64,000 nt of DNA from Candidatus Eiseniibacteriota bacterium (GCA_963725865.1 CAVSAC010000014.1:1280001-1344000), one strand, 5' to 3'. Positions 24,521 through 34,024 are shown, counted from the stretch's first letter. Numbers and translations: made by a program. Notes: generated by a model not told the origin, from the letters alone.

Positions 24521-24680
24521 GTGGATGGCGTTCTCAGAGTGCGGACCCTTCCGACGGAACACGGTCATGCGGCTCTGCCCGGGGAGCCTCGGGCAACCCG
24601 CGCATATCAGCGTGACTCGTCGTCGAGGCGCCCTGCCTCCGTGGCCGTCCTTCGCTTCGATCCCGAAACACAACAACCAT

Positions 24681-24728
24681 CCCCGACATCGAAGGTGGTC
24701 GTTGTTGACAGCCGGTCACTCCATGTCA
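24681..24728. repeat. IS right-end 48 bp repeat, copy 1
   Basis: 42/48 identical to 25687-25734; final TCA is the stop codon of the adjacent gene. Confidence 0.88.
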
Positions 24729-25478
24729 CCGATACAGCGCCTTCAACTGTCCCCACGTGCTGCGCGTCGCGGGGGCGCAGAGGCACTCGCGGGGATCGGC
24801 GCCCTGGAACGACGAGCAGCCGTCGCAGGCATCGTTCGTGAGCACGGCGTCGCCGTAGCCGGCGGGCTGACGGAGCGTGGAGCGCAGGAATCGAATCCAG
24901 CCGGGGGTGGCGCAGCCCGCGCACGCATCGGAGCCGGAGGCAAGCGACCTCGTCACGGTGAGGGAGAACAGGAACACCATGTCGCCGCCCGCCGGTGGGA
25001 TGGCGAACATCGCGGCCACGGAGTCGATCCCGGAGGTCACGCCGATCCGGATCTCGTTGGATCCGATCGGCCCCTCGGGGTCGCCGACGGCGGGGTCGGG
25101 GCCGATCGTCCACGCGGCGCTTCCGACCAGCACGCCGGCATCGCGGAAGTAGTCCAAGCAGGAGAATGGGGTTCCGTCGAAGGAGACCGTCATCGCGTCA
25201 CTCGGGCGACAGAGTCCGGCGCCGATCCTCCACCAATCGGGCACCGCGGCCGGGAAGAAGACCTCGAGCACGCTCTCCTGCGCCATCAAGTGCTGCAGGC
25301 CGGCGGGTGAGACGACCGCGGCCACGAGGGTGAATGCGGTGCCGCTGTTCGTGGAGCAGCTCCACGTTGCGTCCTCCGCCTCCAGGCAGTCACCGAAATA
25401 CAGCAGGAGCCCATCCGCTCGCGTCGCGCTCGGGCACGCCAACGCCAGGATCATCAGGATCGGTGTCAGGAACCGCAT
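24726..25478 (-). CDS. Secreted Cys-rich hypothetical protein with C-terminal TWGQLKALYR motif
   Basis: MRFLTPILMILALA signal, GGTGAGG RBS, ACAGC, ends PATRSTWGQLKALYR. Confidence 0.82.
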   Translation of the reverse strand: MRFLTPILMILALACPSATRADGLLLYFGDCLEAEDATWSCSTNSGTAFTLVAAVVSPAGLQHLMAQESVLEVFFPAAVPDWWRIGAGLCRPSDAMTVSFDGTPFSCLDYFRDAGVLVGSAAWTIGPDPAVGDPEGPIGSNEIRIGVTSGIDSVAAMFAIPPAGGDMVFLFSLTVTRSLASGSDACAGCATPGWIRFLRSTLRQPAGYGDAVLTNDACDGCSSFQGADPRECLCAPATRSTWGQLKALYR

Positions 25479-25686
25479 CGCGACCTCACCTTTGCCGGCG
25501 CGTGCGCAGGGGATGGCGCCGGGCGACCTGCGACGGGATGGCGGGATGGGCTCCCCACCCTCGGTGCGCGTCCACCGGTGGGGCGGTGCTGACGGGCGAG
25601 TCGAGCCACCCACCATCGCGGGCCGGGCCCACGCGAGGCGCGGCCCATGTGCAGCAGCGTACACCCGCGCGGCGCAGGGCCGACAC

Positions 25687-25734
25687 CCCCGACATCGAAA
25701 GTGGTCGTTGCCGACAGTCGGTCACTGCATATCA
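25687..25734. repeat. IS right-end 48 bp repeat, copy 2 (orphan)
   Basis: CCCCGACATCGAAAGTGGTCGTTGCCGACAGTCGGTCACTGCATATCA; final TCA is the stop of the next gene. Confidence 0.88.
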
Positions 25735-26718
25735 CCGGTACATCACCTTGATCTTCCCCCAGCTCGTCGCGCGGGTTGGAACCACGAGGTCCGGCACCAC
25801 GGCGATCGGCCCAGCCATCTCGGATACGCTGATGGACGCAGGAAACTGCGTCGTCTGAAACGCGATGCAGTCGGAATGGACCTTCGCGCACCCCGTGGTC
25901 ACCAGGACGCCGTCGGCTCGGATCGCAATCCCAAGCGCGCCGCATTCGCCGAGCCAATAGTACTGAGGTTGATAGTCCGTCGGCCCTGCGGGAAGCTCTG
26001 TTCGCAAGAGGCATTGCGCAGATCCCCGTAAGGAACCTGACTGCGTCGACCAGAGCGAGCCATCCGGCGCAACCGCCACGTGGCTCGGGCCGGCAAACGG
26101 CGAACCTTCGTCGACGCTGGTTTGCATTCCCGTCGCCGGATCGACACGCATCAATCCGCCTGCGATCAGGGTGAACCACGGGTTCGTCTGACAAACGTAG
26201 AGCGCCCCGTCGGGACCAAACGCGAGCCCTGCCGGCAGCGTGAGGAGTCCTCCGGAAGTCACCACGGCCTCCACCGCGCCGTCCGGCGACAGCTTGAGCA
26301 CTCCCGGCGCCGATCCTTGCACGCTCACATAGATCGCGCCTTGCGGCCCCACCGTGATCCCGGTCGGCGAGCCGCCCTGGAGCGAATCGATGGATACGAA
26401 GAGCGACTGAGCAGCGGTGGCGGGATCGACCCGCACGATTCCGATCGCCGGGACCGCCACGAGGATCTCGCCGCGACCAGTCACTGCGAGATCGACCAAC
26501 CGGCCACCGTCGGTGTCCAGGAACCTGTCGCAGTACCCACCCGATGCGACGACGGTCGGCACCATGGTGGCCCCGTCGAACGCGACGATTCTCGATGGCC
26601 CACCGCCCCGAGTGATCGCCATGACGAAGTCGCCTGGGTTCAGCACGGCGGCGGTCGCCGGCGCGGGCAGGAGCGTGATGAGGAGCGCGAGAGTCCACCG
26701 GCTCGGCTTCGTGATCAT
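25732..26718 (-). CDS. Secreted NHL/Vgb-like beta-propeller protein with C-terminal SWGKIKVMYR motif
   Basis: Signal peptide; P.GI.VGP.GAIYV, P.GLAFGPDGALYV and P..VAVAPDGSLW repeats; ends VPTRATSWGKIKVMYR. Confidence 0.8.
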   Translation of the reverse strand: MITKPSRWTLALLITLLPAPATAAVLNPGDFVMAITRGGGPSRIVAFDGATMVPTVVASGGYCDRFLDTDGGRLVDLAVTGRGEILVAVPAIGIVRVDPATAAQSLFVSIDSLQGGSPTGITVGPQGAIYVSVQGSAPGVLKLSPDGAVEAVVTSGGLLTLPAGLAFGPDGALYVCQTNPWFTLIAGGLMRVDPATGMQTSVDEGSPFAGPSHVAVAPDGSLWSTQSGSLRGSAQCLLRTELPAGPTDYQPQYYWLGECGALGIAIRADGVLVTTGCAKVHSDCIAFQTTQFPASISVSEMAGPIAVVPDLVVPTRATSWGKIKVMYR

Positions 26719-26894
26719 GACGATCCGCTTTCTCGGACCGAGGGTGCGCGCAGGGCCCACGCGTCACCGAGTACCGGATGGCTAGGCCGGCCCTCCATCG
26801 AGCAAGACCAGCACGACAGTTGGGGAGGCCGACTCGATGCTCCCGCTGGGCCACCAGCCCGTCAAGCGGCACGCTCGTCCCGCGCCACTCCGCC

Positions 26895-28265
26895 CTACAC
26901 CCGCGCCAGTGCCTCCTGCAGATCGTGAATGATGTCCCGCGGATCCTCGACCCCGAGCGACAGCCGGATGCCGCCCGGATCGATCCCGGCTTTCGCCTGT
27001 TCGCGCGGCGGAATCGCGGCGTGCGTCATCGAGGCCGGATGCTCGATCAGCGTGCGCACCTGGCCCAGGCTCACGGCCAGCGTGATGGCGAGCGAGTGCC
27101 CCGCGATCCAGTCCATCACCCGCGCGCCGCGCCGCCGCGCCTGCGCGGGCGAGCCCTTGAGCGCGAAGTAGAGCAGGATGCCGGGGGCGAAGCGGCCGTC
27201 GGGGCTGCGCATCTGGCGCCGCGCCAGCGCGTATTGAGGGTGCGAGCGCAGGCCGGGGTAGCGCACGAACGCCACCTTGGGGTGGCGCTCCAGCCAGCGC
27301 GCGACCTCGAGCGCGATCTCCTGCTGGCGGCGCGTGCGCAGCGCCAGCGACGGCATGCCGTACACCAGCGCCGGCCACGCGCTGCGCGGTGCGAGCGGCG
27401 CGCCGAAGTCCTTGCGGTAGAGCATCAGGTCGCTCTCGAGCAGCCGCGGACCGATCACGGCGCCGCCCATGTCGGTGCCGAAGCCGCCGATGTTCTTGGT
27501 CAGGCTGTGGCAGACCAGGTCCACGCCATGCTCCAGGGGGCGCTGGCAGAACGGAGTCGCGAACGTGTTGTCCACGACCGTGAAGATGCGGCGATGCTTC
27601 TTGCCGCGCCGCGCGCGCGCCCGCCGTGCGTTCGCGCGGGCGACTGCGCGCGTGACCGCGCGCATGTCGATCAGCTCGAGCGTGGGGTTGCACGGGGTCT
27701 CGAAGTAGAGCGCCATGGTCTCGTCGCGCGCCAGCGCGGCCGCGAGCTGGGCGGGATCGGTGACGTCGATGAAGTCCGCGGTGATGCCCAGGCGCGGGTA
27801 CCAGTTCGCCATCAGCGAGTAGGTGCAGCCGTACAGCGTGTGGTGCGCCACCACGCGGTCGCCGCTGCGCAGCAGCACGCCGAGCGCGCCCGCGATCGCC
27901 GCCATGCCGGTGGCGTAGCACAGGCAGCGCTCGCCGCCCTCCATGAGTGCCAAGTTCTCCTCGAGCATGCTGCGCGTGGGTTCCTCGAGGCGGTCGTAGA
28001 TGTAGATCGGCTTGTGGGTGGCGCGGTTGAATTCGGGGTTCGCGAACTCCACGAAGCCTTCGGCGCCGCGCTTGACGCTCTCGAGCCGGTAGGCAGCCGA
28101 GGCCGAGATGGGCGGCACGATGTGGTCGGAGTAGTTCCAGTGCTGGGTGTGGTAGCGGCCGTGCACCTGCACGGTGTCGGACCGGTAGCGCTCTTCGATC
28201 CGCGTCCCGAGCCGGCCATACGGATGCGGCTTCGGACGCGCGCGGCGCGTGCGGCGGGGAGCCAT
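26895..28265 (-). CDS. PLP-dependent trans-sulfuration enzyme (methionine gamma-lyase / cystathionine gamma-synthase family)
   Basis: IYDR...PT, TGMAAI, YGCT, ETPCNPT, VDNTFATP, HSLTK, AVSLG, IRLSLGVE; GGAGG RBS. Confidence 0.9.
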   Translation of the reverse strand: MAPRRTRRARPKPHPYGRLGTRIEERYRSDTVQVHGRYHTQHWNYSDHIVPPISASAAYRLESVKRGAEGFVEFANPEFNRATHKPIYIYDRLEEPTRSMLEENLALMEGGERCLCYATGMAAIAGALGVLLRSGDRVVAHHTLYGCTYSLMANWYPRLGITADFIDVTDPAQLAAALARDETMALYFETPCNPTLELIDMRAVTRAVARANARRARARRGKKHRRIFTVVDNTFATPFCQRPLEHGVDLVCHSLTKNIGGFGTDMGGAVIGPRLLESDLMLYRKDFGAPLAPRSAWPALVYGMPSLALRTRRQQEIALEVARWLERHPKVAFVRYPGLRSHPQYALARRQMRSPDGRFAPGILLYFALKGSPAQARRRGARVMDWIAGHSLAITLAVSLGQVRTLIEHPASMTHAAIPPREQAKAGIDPGGIRLSLGVEDPRDIIHDLQEALARV

Positions 28266-28300
28266 GCTCGACCTCCTGGAGTCGGGACGGCGGACGGGCG

Positions 28301-29293
28301 TCAGCGCGTGCTCCGGGGGCGCGGCCGCAGACGCACGACGTCGTCGATCTGTTGCGGGTCGTCGGGGAACAGCCCGACGCGCGCGAGGCGGGGCACCAGC
28401 TCCACCCAGCGCGGCTCGGCCGCGAATACGGCGCGGAACGTCGCGCGCGCCTCGTCCTTGCGGCCGTTGGTGTACATCGAGATCGCCGCCCAGAAGCGCA
28501 GCTCGACCACGTCGGGCGCCAGCCGCGCGGCGTCGGCGTACGCGCGCAGCGCGGAGTCGGGCTGGTGGGCGGCGATGAAGTTGTCGCCCGCGTCCTCGCG
28601 CAGGTACGCGCGCCGCAGGCCCACCAGGCGGCGCAGCTCCTTCAGCGGGTACGGGTGGTCCTCGACGCGCAGGTCGAAGAGCCGGTCCTCCCACGGCTTG
28701 CCGCTCGCCTGCGCGCGCACCACGATCAGCGCCGCCGACTGGCGCCCGCGGATGTCGCCGCCCGCGGCCTGCGCCGCATCGAGCGCCGCCAGCAGGCGGT
28801 CCGCCAGGTCGCCGCGCGCGTGCTCGTAGGCCGCGCTCATCGCCGGCCACACGCGCGGGTTCGCCATCAGGTTCGCCTGCGCCGAGTACTGCGCGCCGCT
28901 CGCGTGGCCGGCGTCGGGAATGCACAGCTTGCCGGTGTGGGTCGCCACGTTGCCGTGCGCGTCGATCATCGCGACCTGGCGCACGTCGGGGTTGGGATCC
29001 GCGCGCAGCAGCGAGTCGAGCGCCGCGCGCGCGGTCAGGCCCTGGCGCATCAGCGCGAGGCCGTTGGGGCCGTAGTCGATCAGCACCAGCGACTGGGTGG
29101 CGACCGCGCCAACGCCGGCCTCGGCCCACGGCACCACCGGGCCGACCGAGAAGTAGTGCGACTGCACCGCGACGCCGATCTCGCCGGTGACGGAGTCGCG
29201 CGCGACGATCGAGAAGGTGTGCGCGAGCGGCTGTGGCGCGACACCCGGCGCGACCAGCGCGAAGGCGAGCAGAGCGGAGGCGAACGAGGTCAT
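28301..29293 (-). CDS. Secreted DUF1028 (Ntn-hydrolase-like) protein with C-terminal TPR
   Basis: HTFSIVARD, GVGAVATQS, GGDIRGRQSAAL, DLRVEDH. Confidence 0.88.
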   Translation of the reverse strand: MTSFASALLAFALVAPGVAPQPLAHTFSIVARDSVTGEIGVAVQSHYFSVGPVVPWAEAGVGAVATQSLVLIDYGPNGLALMRQGLTARAALDSLLRADPNPDVRQVAMIDAHGNVATHTGKLCIPDAGHASGAQYSAQANLMANPRVWPAMSAAYEHARGDLADRLLAALDAAQAAGGDIRGRQSAALIVVRAQASGKPWEDRLFDLRVEDHPYPLKELRRLVGLRRAYLREDAGDNFIAAHQPDSALRAYADAARLAPDVVELRFWAAISMYTNGRKDEARATFRAVFAAEPRWVELVPRLARVGLFPDDPQQIDDVVRLRPRPRSTR

Positions 29294-29439
29294 CGCGCGG
29301 CATGATAGCGCGCCGTCCGCCGGAAACGAATCGGCCACGGAGTGCGCCGCGGCGCGCGGGCGAAGGGAGCGAGCCGCGGCGGCTCAGACGCGCGCGCCGG
29401 GGCGGCGGGCACCGCGCCCGCTCCGCGCCGCTCACGATC

Positions 29440-30690
29440 TCAGGCCGGCAGCGCTCCCCAGTGGTCGCCGAGCGCCATCGTCCCCGCGGGGTCGAGCGCC
29501 GCTCTCAAGCGCGTGCGCAGCGGCCCCAGCTCGGGCTGGCGCGCGAGCGCCGGCACGACGCCGTCCGCGGCGCGCGCGCCGATCAGCTGAAAGCCGGCGG
29601 TCGCGAGCGCGTGCGCGGCCTCGATCGCGCGCGTCGTGGTGGGGAACACGTGCAGGCGCCCGGCCGGCGCGTGGAACACCAGCGCGGCGGCTTCGGGCAG
29701 CGCGAGCAGCGGAGCGAGTGCTGCCGGCGTGTTGGACGGCGAGGTGCCCGAGAGGCGCGTCGCGTGCGACTCCTCGAGGTCCGCGAGCGACTGCACGAGC
29801 GCCATCGCCTCGGCGCCCGCGAGCTGGAGCCGCTCGGTGCCGAGGCTCGCGCGCGCGGCCGCGGCCTGCTGCTCCACCCACGGCGCGTCGTCCTCGAGCA
29901 CCAGCACCACCGCGAACGCGCCCCCGCCCGCGAGCGCCGGTAGCGCCGCCGCGGCCGCCGGCCCCAGCACGGTGAGCGCGGCCGGCTCCAGGCGCGGCAG
30001 CGCCGACCAGCGCGCCGCATCCGCCAGCAGCGCAGGCTCCGCGTCCCACACCAGCGCGCGGCGCACCGCCGGCGCCGGCAGCAGCTTGAGGCTCGCCTCG
30101 AGGATCACAGCGAGTCCGCCGCGCGCCCCGCACAGCAGCCGGTGCACCGCGTAGCCCGCGACGTTCTTCACCACGCGGCCGCCGGTGCGCGCGAGCGTGC
30201 CGTCGCCGAGCGCAAAGCGGGCGCCGAGGATGCGATCGTGCGGCGCGCCGAAGCGCAGCCGGCGCGGACCCGAGGCGTCGGCCGACAGCACGCCGCCGAG
30301 CGTCGCGCGGGCGGCGTGCGCCGCCTCGAGCGGCAGCTCCTGTCCGTGCGCGGCAAGGTGGGCCCGCAGCGCGCCGAGCGAGATGCCGCACTCGGCGGTG
30401 ATGGTGAAGTCCTCGGGCGCGTGCTCGACGACGCGATCGAGCGCCGTGAGATCGAGCGCCACGTCGTAGCGCGACGGCGGGCTCCCGTGCGCCAGGCCCA
30501 CGCCGCCGCCCCACGGCACCACGCGCAGCCCGTCACGGGTCGCCGCGCGCAGCGCCTCGGAGACCTCTTCCCGGCTCGCAGGCCGCAGCGCGAGCCGCGG
30601 GGTCACGCCCGCCAGCGCGTAGGGCGCCACGTCCCGCGCGCGCGCGGGATCGAGACCGAGGTCGTGGGCCCCCAGCGCGGCGGCCGCCAT
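29440..30690 (-). CDS. glcE: FAD-binding oxidoreductase, GlcE-like
   Basis: ATLGG, GPRRLRFGAP.D..LG, GGRVVKNVAGY...L.CGA.G.L, LDP end; start overlaps upstream stop (TGATG). Confidence 0.75.
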   Translation of the reverse strand: MAAAALGAHDLGLDPARARDVAPYALAGVTPRLALRPASREEVSEALRAATRDGLRVVPWGGGVGLAHGSPPSRYDVALDLTALDRVVEHAPEDFTITAECGISLGALRAHLAAHGQELPLEAAHAARATLGGVLSADASGPRRLRFGAPHDRILGARFALGDGTLARTGGRVVKNVAGYAVHRLLCGARGGLAVILEASLKLLPAPAVRRALVWDAEPALLADAARWSALPRLEPAALTVLGPAAAAALPALAGGGAFAVVLVLEDDAPWVEQQAAAARASLGTERLQLAGAEAMALVQSLADLEESHATRLSGTSPSNTPAALAPLLALPEAAALVFHAPAGRLHVFPTTTRAIEAAHALATAGFQLIGARAADGVVPALARQPELGPLRTRLRAALDPAGTMALGDHWGALPA

Positions 30691-32402
30691 CAGCGCACGA
30701 GGGCGATCCGTGCCATGCGCACGCGGTCGCGCTCGGTCAGGCGCACCAGGTAGACGCCCGGCGGCAGCGCGTCGAGGCGCTCGAATCGCGCGGCGTGCTC
30801 GCCGGCGCCCGCGATCGCCTGGGTGCGCACGCGGCGCCCCGCGAGGTCGAGCAGCTCGAGCCGCGCGGGCGTGTCGCCCGCGAGCGCGAACCTCACGGTG
30901 CACTCGGTGCGCGCGGGATTCGGGGTCGCGAGCAGTCGCGCCAGCTCCGGCGCGCGGCCGGCTGGCACGTCGAGCGGGCCCGAATAGGGCAGGTAGTTCA
31001 CGCGCAGTGTCACCGCGCTCGCGGCCTGCGCGTCGTCGTTCTCCCACGCCACGTACGCGCCGCCCGCGCCGTCGTCGAGCAGCGCGCGCACGCCGCCGGC
31101 CTGGCCGCCGCGGTTCACGACGCGCCCGCTGTCCGGCTGGGCGGGATCCGGCGTGCCGTCGCCCCGCACCCAGCGCGCGCGCACCAGGCGCTTGCCCGCG
31201 TCGCGCAGGTCCTCCCACACCATCATCACGCCACCGGCCAGCCCGGTCGCGATCGAGAACGCCGGGAACGGCGTGCCGGACGGGTAGGTGCCGCCGGGAT
31301 ACGCGGCGGCCGCGTCGAGCAGCGAGCGCCCGCCCGCGGGCCAACCCGTGGCGAGCACGCCGCTCGCGACCACGCGCACCGCGCGCACGTCGGTGCCCTG
31401 CTGCCAGCCCACGTACGCGCCACCAGCGCCGTCGCTCACCACCTTGAACCCGCCCACGTTGGTGGCCGCGTCCAGCGCCAGCACGCCGGCCGCCGGCCAG
31501 CCGGCCGCGAGCGTGCCGTCGCGATGGAAGCGCTGCACCCAGATGCGGCGCGGGCCGCCGGCGGTGGAGTCGAACCACGCCGCGATCCAGTGATCCGGGC
31601 CCGAAGGCATCAGCGCCAGCAGCACGTCCTGGAATGCGTTCGAGGAGCCCGAGGTGCCGAGCTGCAGCCCGGCCGCAGGCCAGCCGGTCGCGACCGCGCC
31701 CACGCCGGTGTAACGCACCACGCGTGGCTGGTCGGCGATCCACAGCGCGTACACGCCGCCCGTGCCGTCGGCGCGCACCTGCGGCGGCCACGAGTTGATG
31801 CCGAAGTTCGGATCGGTCGCCACCACGCGCCCGGCCGCCGGCCACGCCGCGTCCCGATGCCCGTTTGCCAGCACGTGGTGCAGCCACAGCTCGTCGTCCG
31901 AGGCGTCGACCCACGCGATGAAGCCGCCGCCCGTGCCGTCGGCGGTCACGGACGGATAGAACTCGATCGACGTGGTCGCGGCGATGGTGTCGCCCGGCGT
32001 CGCCGTCCCGCCGCCGGGCCATGCCGGATCGTGGGCGCCGTTCGGCGCGACGTGGTCGAGGTAGATGTTCGCGCTCGAGGTGTAGGCGTAGAACGCGCCG
32101 CCGGTGCCGTCGGGCGTGAAGCCGTTCGTCGGCCCGATCCACGTCAGCGTCCAGCCCGGATCCACCTGTGCCCCGATGTCGACGTGCGCCTGAGCGTGCG
32201 TAAAGCCGGTGGCCCCCTGCACCCGCCACGCGGCGAGCAGTCCACTGAGTCCGTCGTGGTGGAGCGCGACGTTCCAGTGACCGGTGGCGGCGACGCCGCC
32301 GATCTGCACGCCGGCGTCGGTCCAGGCGGCGCGGGCGGGTGGAGCGGCAATGAGGGTGGCGGATGCGAGCGCGAGCGCGATGACGGGCAGGGGGGAGCGC
32401 AT
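30690..32402 (-). CDS. Secreted beta-propeller repeat protein with T9SS-A/FlgD-like tail
   Basis: Signal peptide; repeated DG[TA]GG..(V/I)AW and GWPA[AG]G; PNP...LLDLAGRRV...PGVYLVRL; GGAGG RBS. Confidence 0.82.
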   Translation of the reverse strand: MRSPLPVIALALASATLIAAPPARAAWTDAGVQIGGVAATGHWNVALHHDGLSGLLAAWRVQGATGFTHAQAHVDIGAQVDPGWTLTWIGPTNGFTPDGTGGAFYAYTSSANIYLDHVAPNGAHDPAWPGGGTATPGDTIAATTSIEFYPSVTADGTGGGFIAWVDASDDELWLHHVLANGHRDAAWPAAGRVVATDPNFGINSWPPQVRADGTGGVYALWIADQPRVVRYTGVGAVATGWPAAGLQLGTSGSSNAFQDVLLALMPSGPDHWIAAWFDSTAGGPRRIWVQRFHRDGTLAAGWPAAGVLALDAATNVGGFKVVSDGAGGAYVGWQQGTDVRAVRVVASGVLATGWPAGGRSLLDAAAAYPGGTYPSGTPFPAFSIATGLAGGVMMVWEDLRDAGKRLVRARWVRGDGTPDPAQPDSGRVVNRGGQAGGVRALLDDGAGGAYVAWENDDAQAASAVTLRVNYLPYSGPLDVPAGRAPELARLLATPNPARTECTVRFALAGDTPARLELLDLAGRRVRTQAIAGAGEHAARFERLDALPPGVYLVRLTERDRVRMARIALVR

Positions 32403-32560
32403 CGGACGAACCTCCTCGAGCGGAGCGGAGCGGGGCGACGGGGACGCCGGAACGGAGCGTAGCCGGCGACGCGTGCATGATGATAGCCCCCCGCCGTGGC
32501 GCGAGGCGAGGCCGGAACGCGCATTCCGGGCCGCGCGGGGCACTGCCGGCCTCCTCTAGA

Positions 32561-34024
32561 TTAGATCCAGGCCCCTTCGACGTCGGCCCGCGCGGGCCGG
32601 CCGCCCACGTTGGGCGGGTGGGCGTGCGCCTCGCCGCAGCCCGCGCCGCCGGGCAGCACTTTGCAGGGATTCATGCGCCCGTCGGGATCGAACGCCTCGC
32701 GCACCCTTCCCATCAGCGCCAGGTCGTCGGGGCCGAACAGTTCGCCCATCAGGCGCTTCTTCTCGAGCCCGATCCCGTGCTCGCCCGAGATGGTGCCGCC
32801 CATCGCGATGCACATGCGCAGGATCTCGAACGAGCCCTCGAGCGCCTGCTGCTGCGCCACCGGGTCGTCGGGATCGAACAGCAGGTGCGGGTGCAGGTTC
32901 CCGTCGCCGGCGTGGAACACGTTGCCGGCTTCGAGCCCGCGCTCGCGCGCGATGCGGTACACGCCTTCGAGCGCCTCGGCGAGCCGGGTACGCGGCACCA
33001 CGCCGTCCATGATGTAGAAGCCCGCGCGCAGCCGGCCGTAGGCGCCGAACGCCGACTTGCGGCCGCGCCAGATCGCCAGGCGCTCGGCCTCGTCCTTCGC
33101 CACCCGCGTGCTGCGCGCGTGGTGCGCGCGCGCGATCTCGGCGATGCGCTCGACCTGCGGCGGCAGGTTGACCGCCGGACCGTCGACCTCGATCAGCAGC
33201 ACCGCGCCCGCGTCGAGCGGGAGCCCCAGGTGCAGCCACGCCTCGACCACGCCGACGGTATGGCGGTCCATGATCTCCATCGCCGCCGGCACCATGCCGG
33301 CCGCCACCACCTCCGAGACCGCGCGGCAGGCGTCGCCCACCTCGACGAAGTCGAACAGCATCGTGCGCACCGCCTCGGGCCGCGGCATCAGGCGCACCGC
33401 GATCTCGGTGATCACGCCGAGCGTTCCCTCGGTGCCGACCAGCAGCGTGACCAGGTCGGAGTCGGGCGACTCGCAGGCCGCGCCGCCGAGCGCCAGCACG
33501 GTGCCGTCGTGCAGCACCACCGTCAGCCCGAGCACGCTGTTGAGCGTGACGCCGTACTTGAGGCAGTGCGGGCCGCCGGAGTTCGCGGCCACGTTGCCGC
33601 CGATGGTGCTGACCTGCTGCGAGGAGGGATCCGGCGCGTAGTAGAGCCCGTGCGGCGCCGCGACCTGCGACAGGTGCAGGTTCACCACGCCCGGCTGCAC
33701 CCACGCCACCATGCGCTCGGGGTCGAGGCTCAGCACCTCGGCCATGCGATTGACCGAGAGCACCAGGCCACCGCGCTCGGGCGTGGCGCCGCCGGCGAGG
33801 CCGGTGCCCGCGCCGCGCGGCGTGACCGGCACCTCGTGGTCGCGCGCCCAGCGCATCACCGCCGCGACCTCGTCGGTGGAGCGCGGCAGCACCACCACGT
33901 CGGGCTTCGCGCGCTCGAGCGTGAGCGCGTCCGCCTCGTAGGTGAACAGCGCCGCGTCGGTGGTCAGCACGCCCTCGGGCCCGAGGAGGGCGATCAGCTC
34001 GTCGAGATGCTCGCGCCAGGACAT
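32561..34024 (-). CDS. glcD: FAD-linked oxidase, glycolate oxidase subunit GlcD-like
   Basis: PRGAGTGLAGG, YAPDPSSQ, NSGGPHCLKYG, GTEGTLG, FHAGDGNLHP, GEHGIG.EK. Confidence 0.88.
   Translation of the reverse strand: MSWREHLDELIALLGPEGVLTTDAALFTYEADALTLERAKPDVVVLPRSTDEVAAVMRWARDHEVPVTPRGAGTGLAGGATPERGGLVLSVNRMAEVLSLDPERMVAWVQPGVVNLHLSQVAAPHGLYYAPDPSSQQVSTIGGNVAANSGGPHCLKYGVTLNSVLGLTVVLHDGTVLALGGAACESPDSDLVTLLVGTEGTLGVITEIAVRLMPRPEAVRTMLFDFVEVGDACRAVSEVVAAGMVPAAMEIMDRHTVGVVEAWLHLGLPLDAGAVLLIEVDGPAVNLPPQVERIAEIARAHHARSTRVAKDEAERLAIWRGRKSAFGAYGRLRAGFYIMDGVVPRTRLAEALEGVYRIARERGLEAGNVFHAGDGNLHPHLLFDPDDPVAQQQALEGSFEILRMCIAMGGTISGEHGIGLEKKRLMGELFGPDDLALMGRVREAFDPDGRMNPCKVLPGGAGCGEAHAHPPNVGGRPARADVEGAWI

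Larger units (their letters stand above)
23930..24728 (+). mobile_element. Internally deleted IS110-family (IS1111-like) element
   Basis: Transposase remnants; imperfect subterminal IRs ATGAAAGCGACCGGCT (23936-23951) and AGCCGGTCACTCCAT (24710-24724); TCA at both junctions; TTGACA near right end. Confidence 0.75.
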
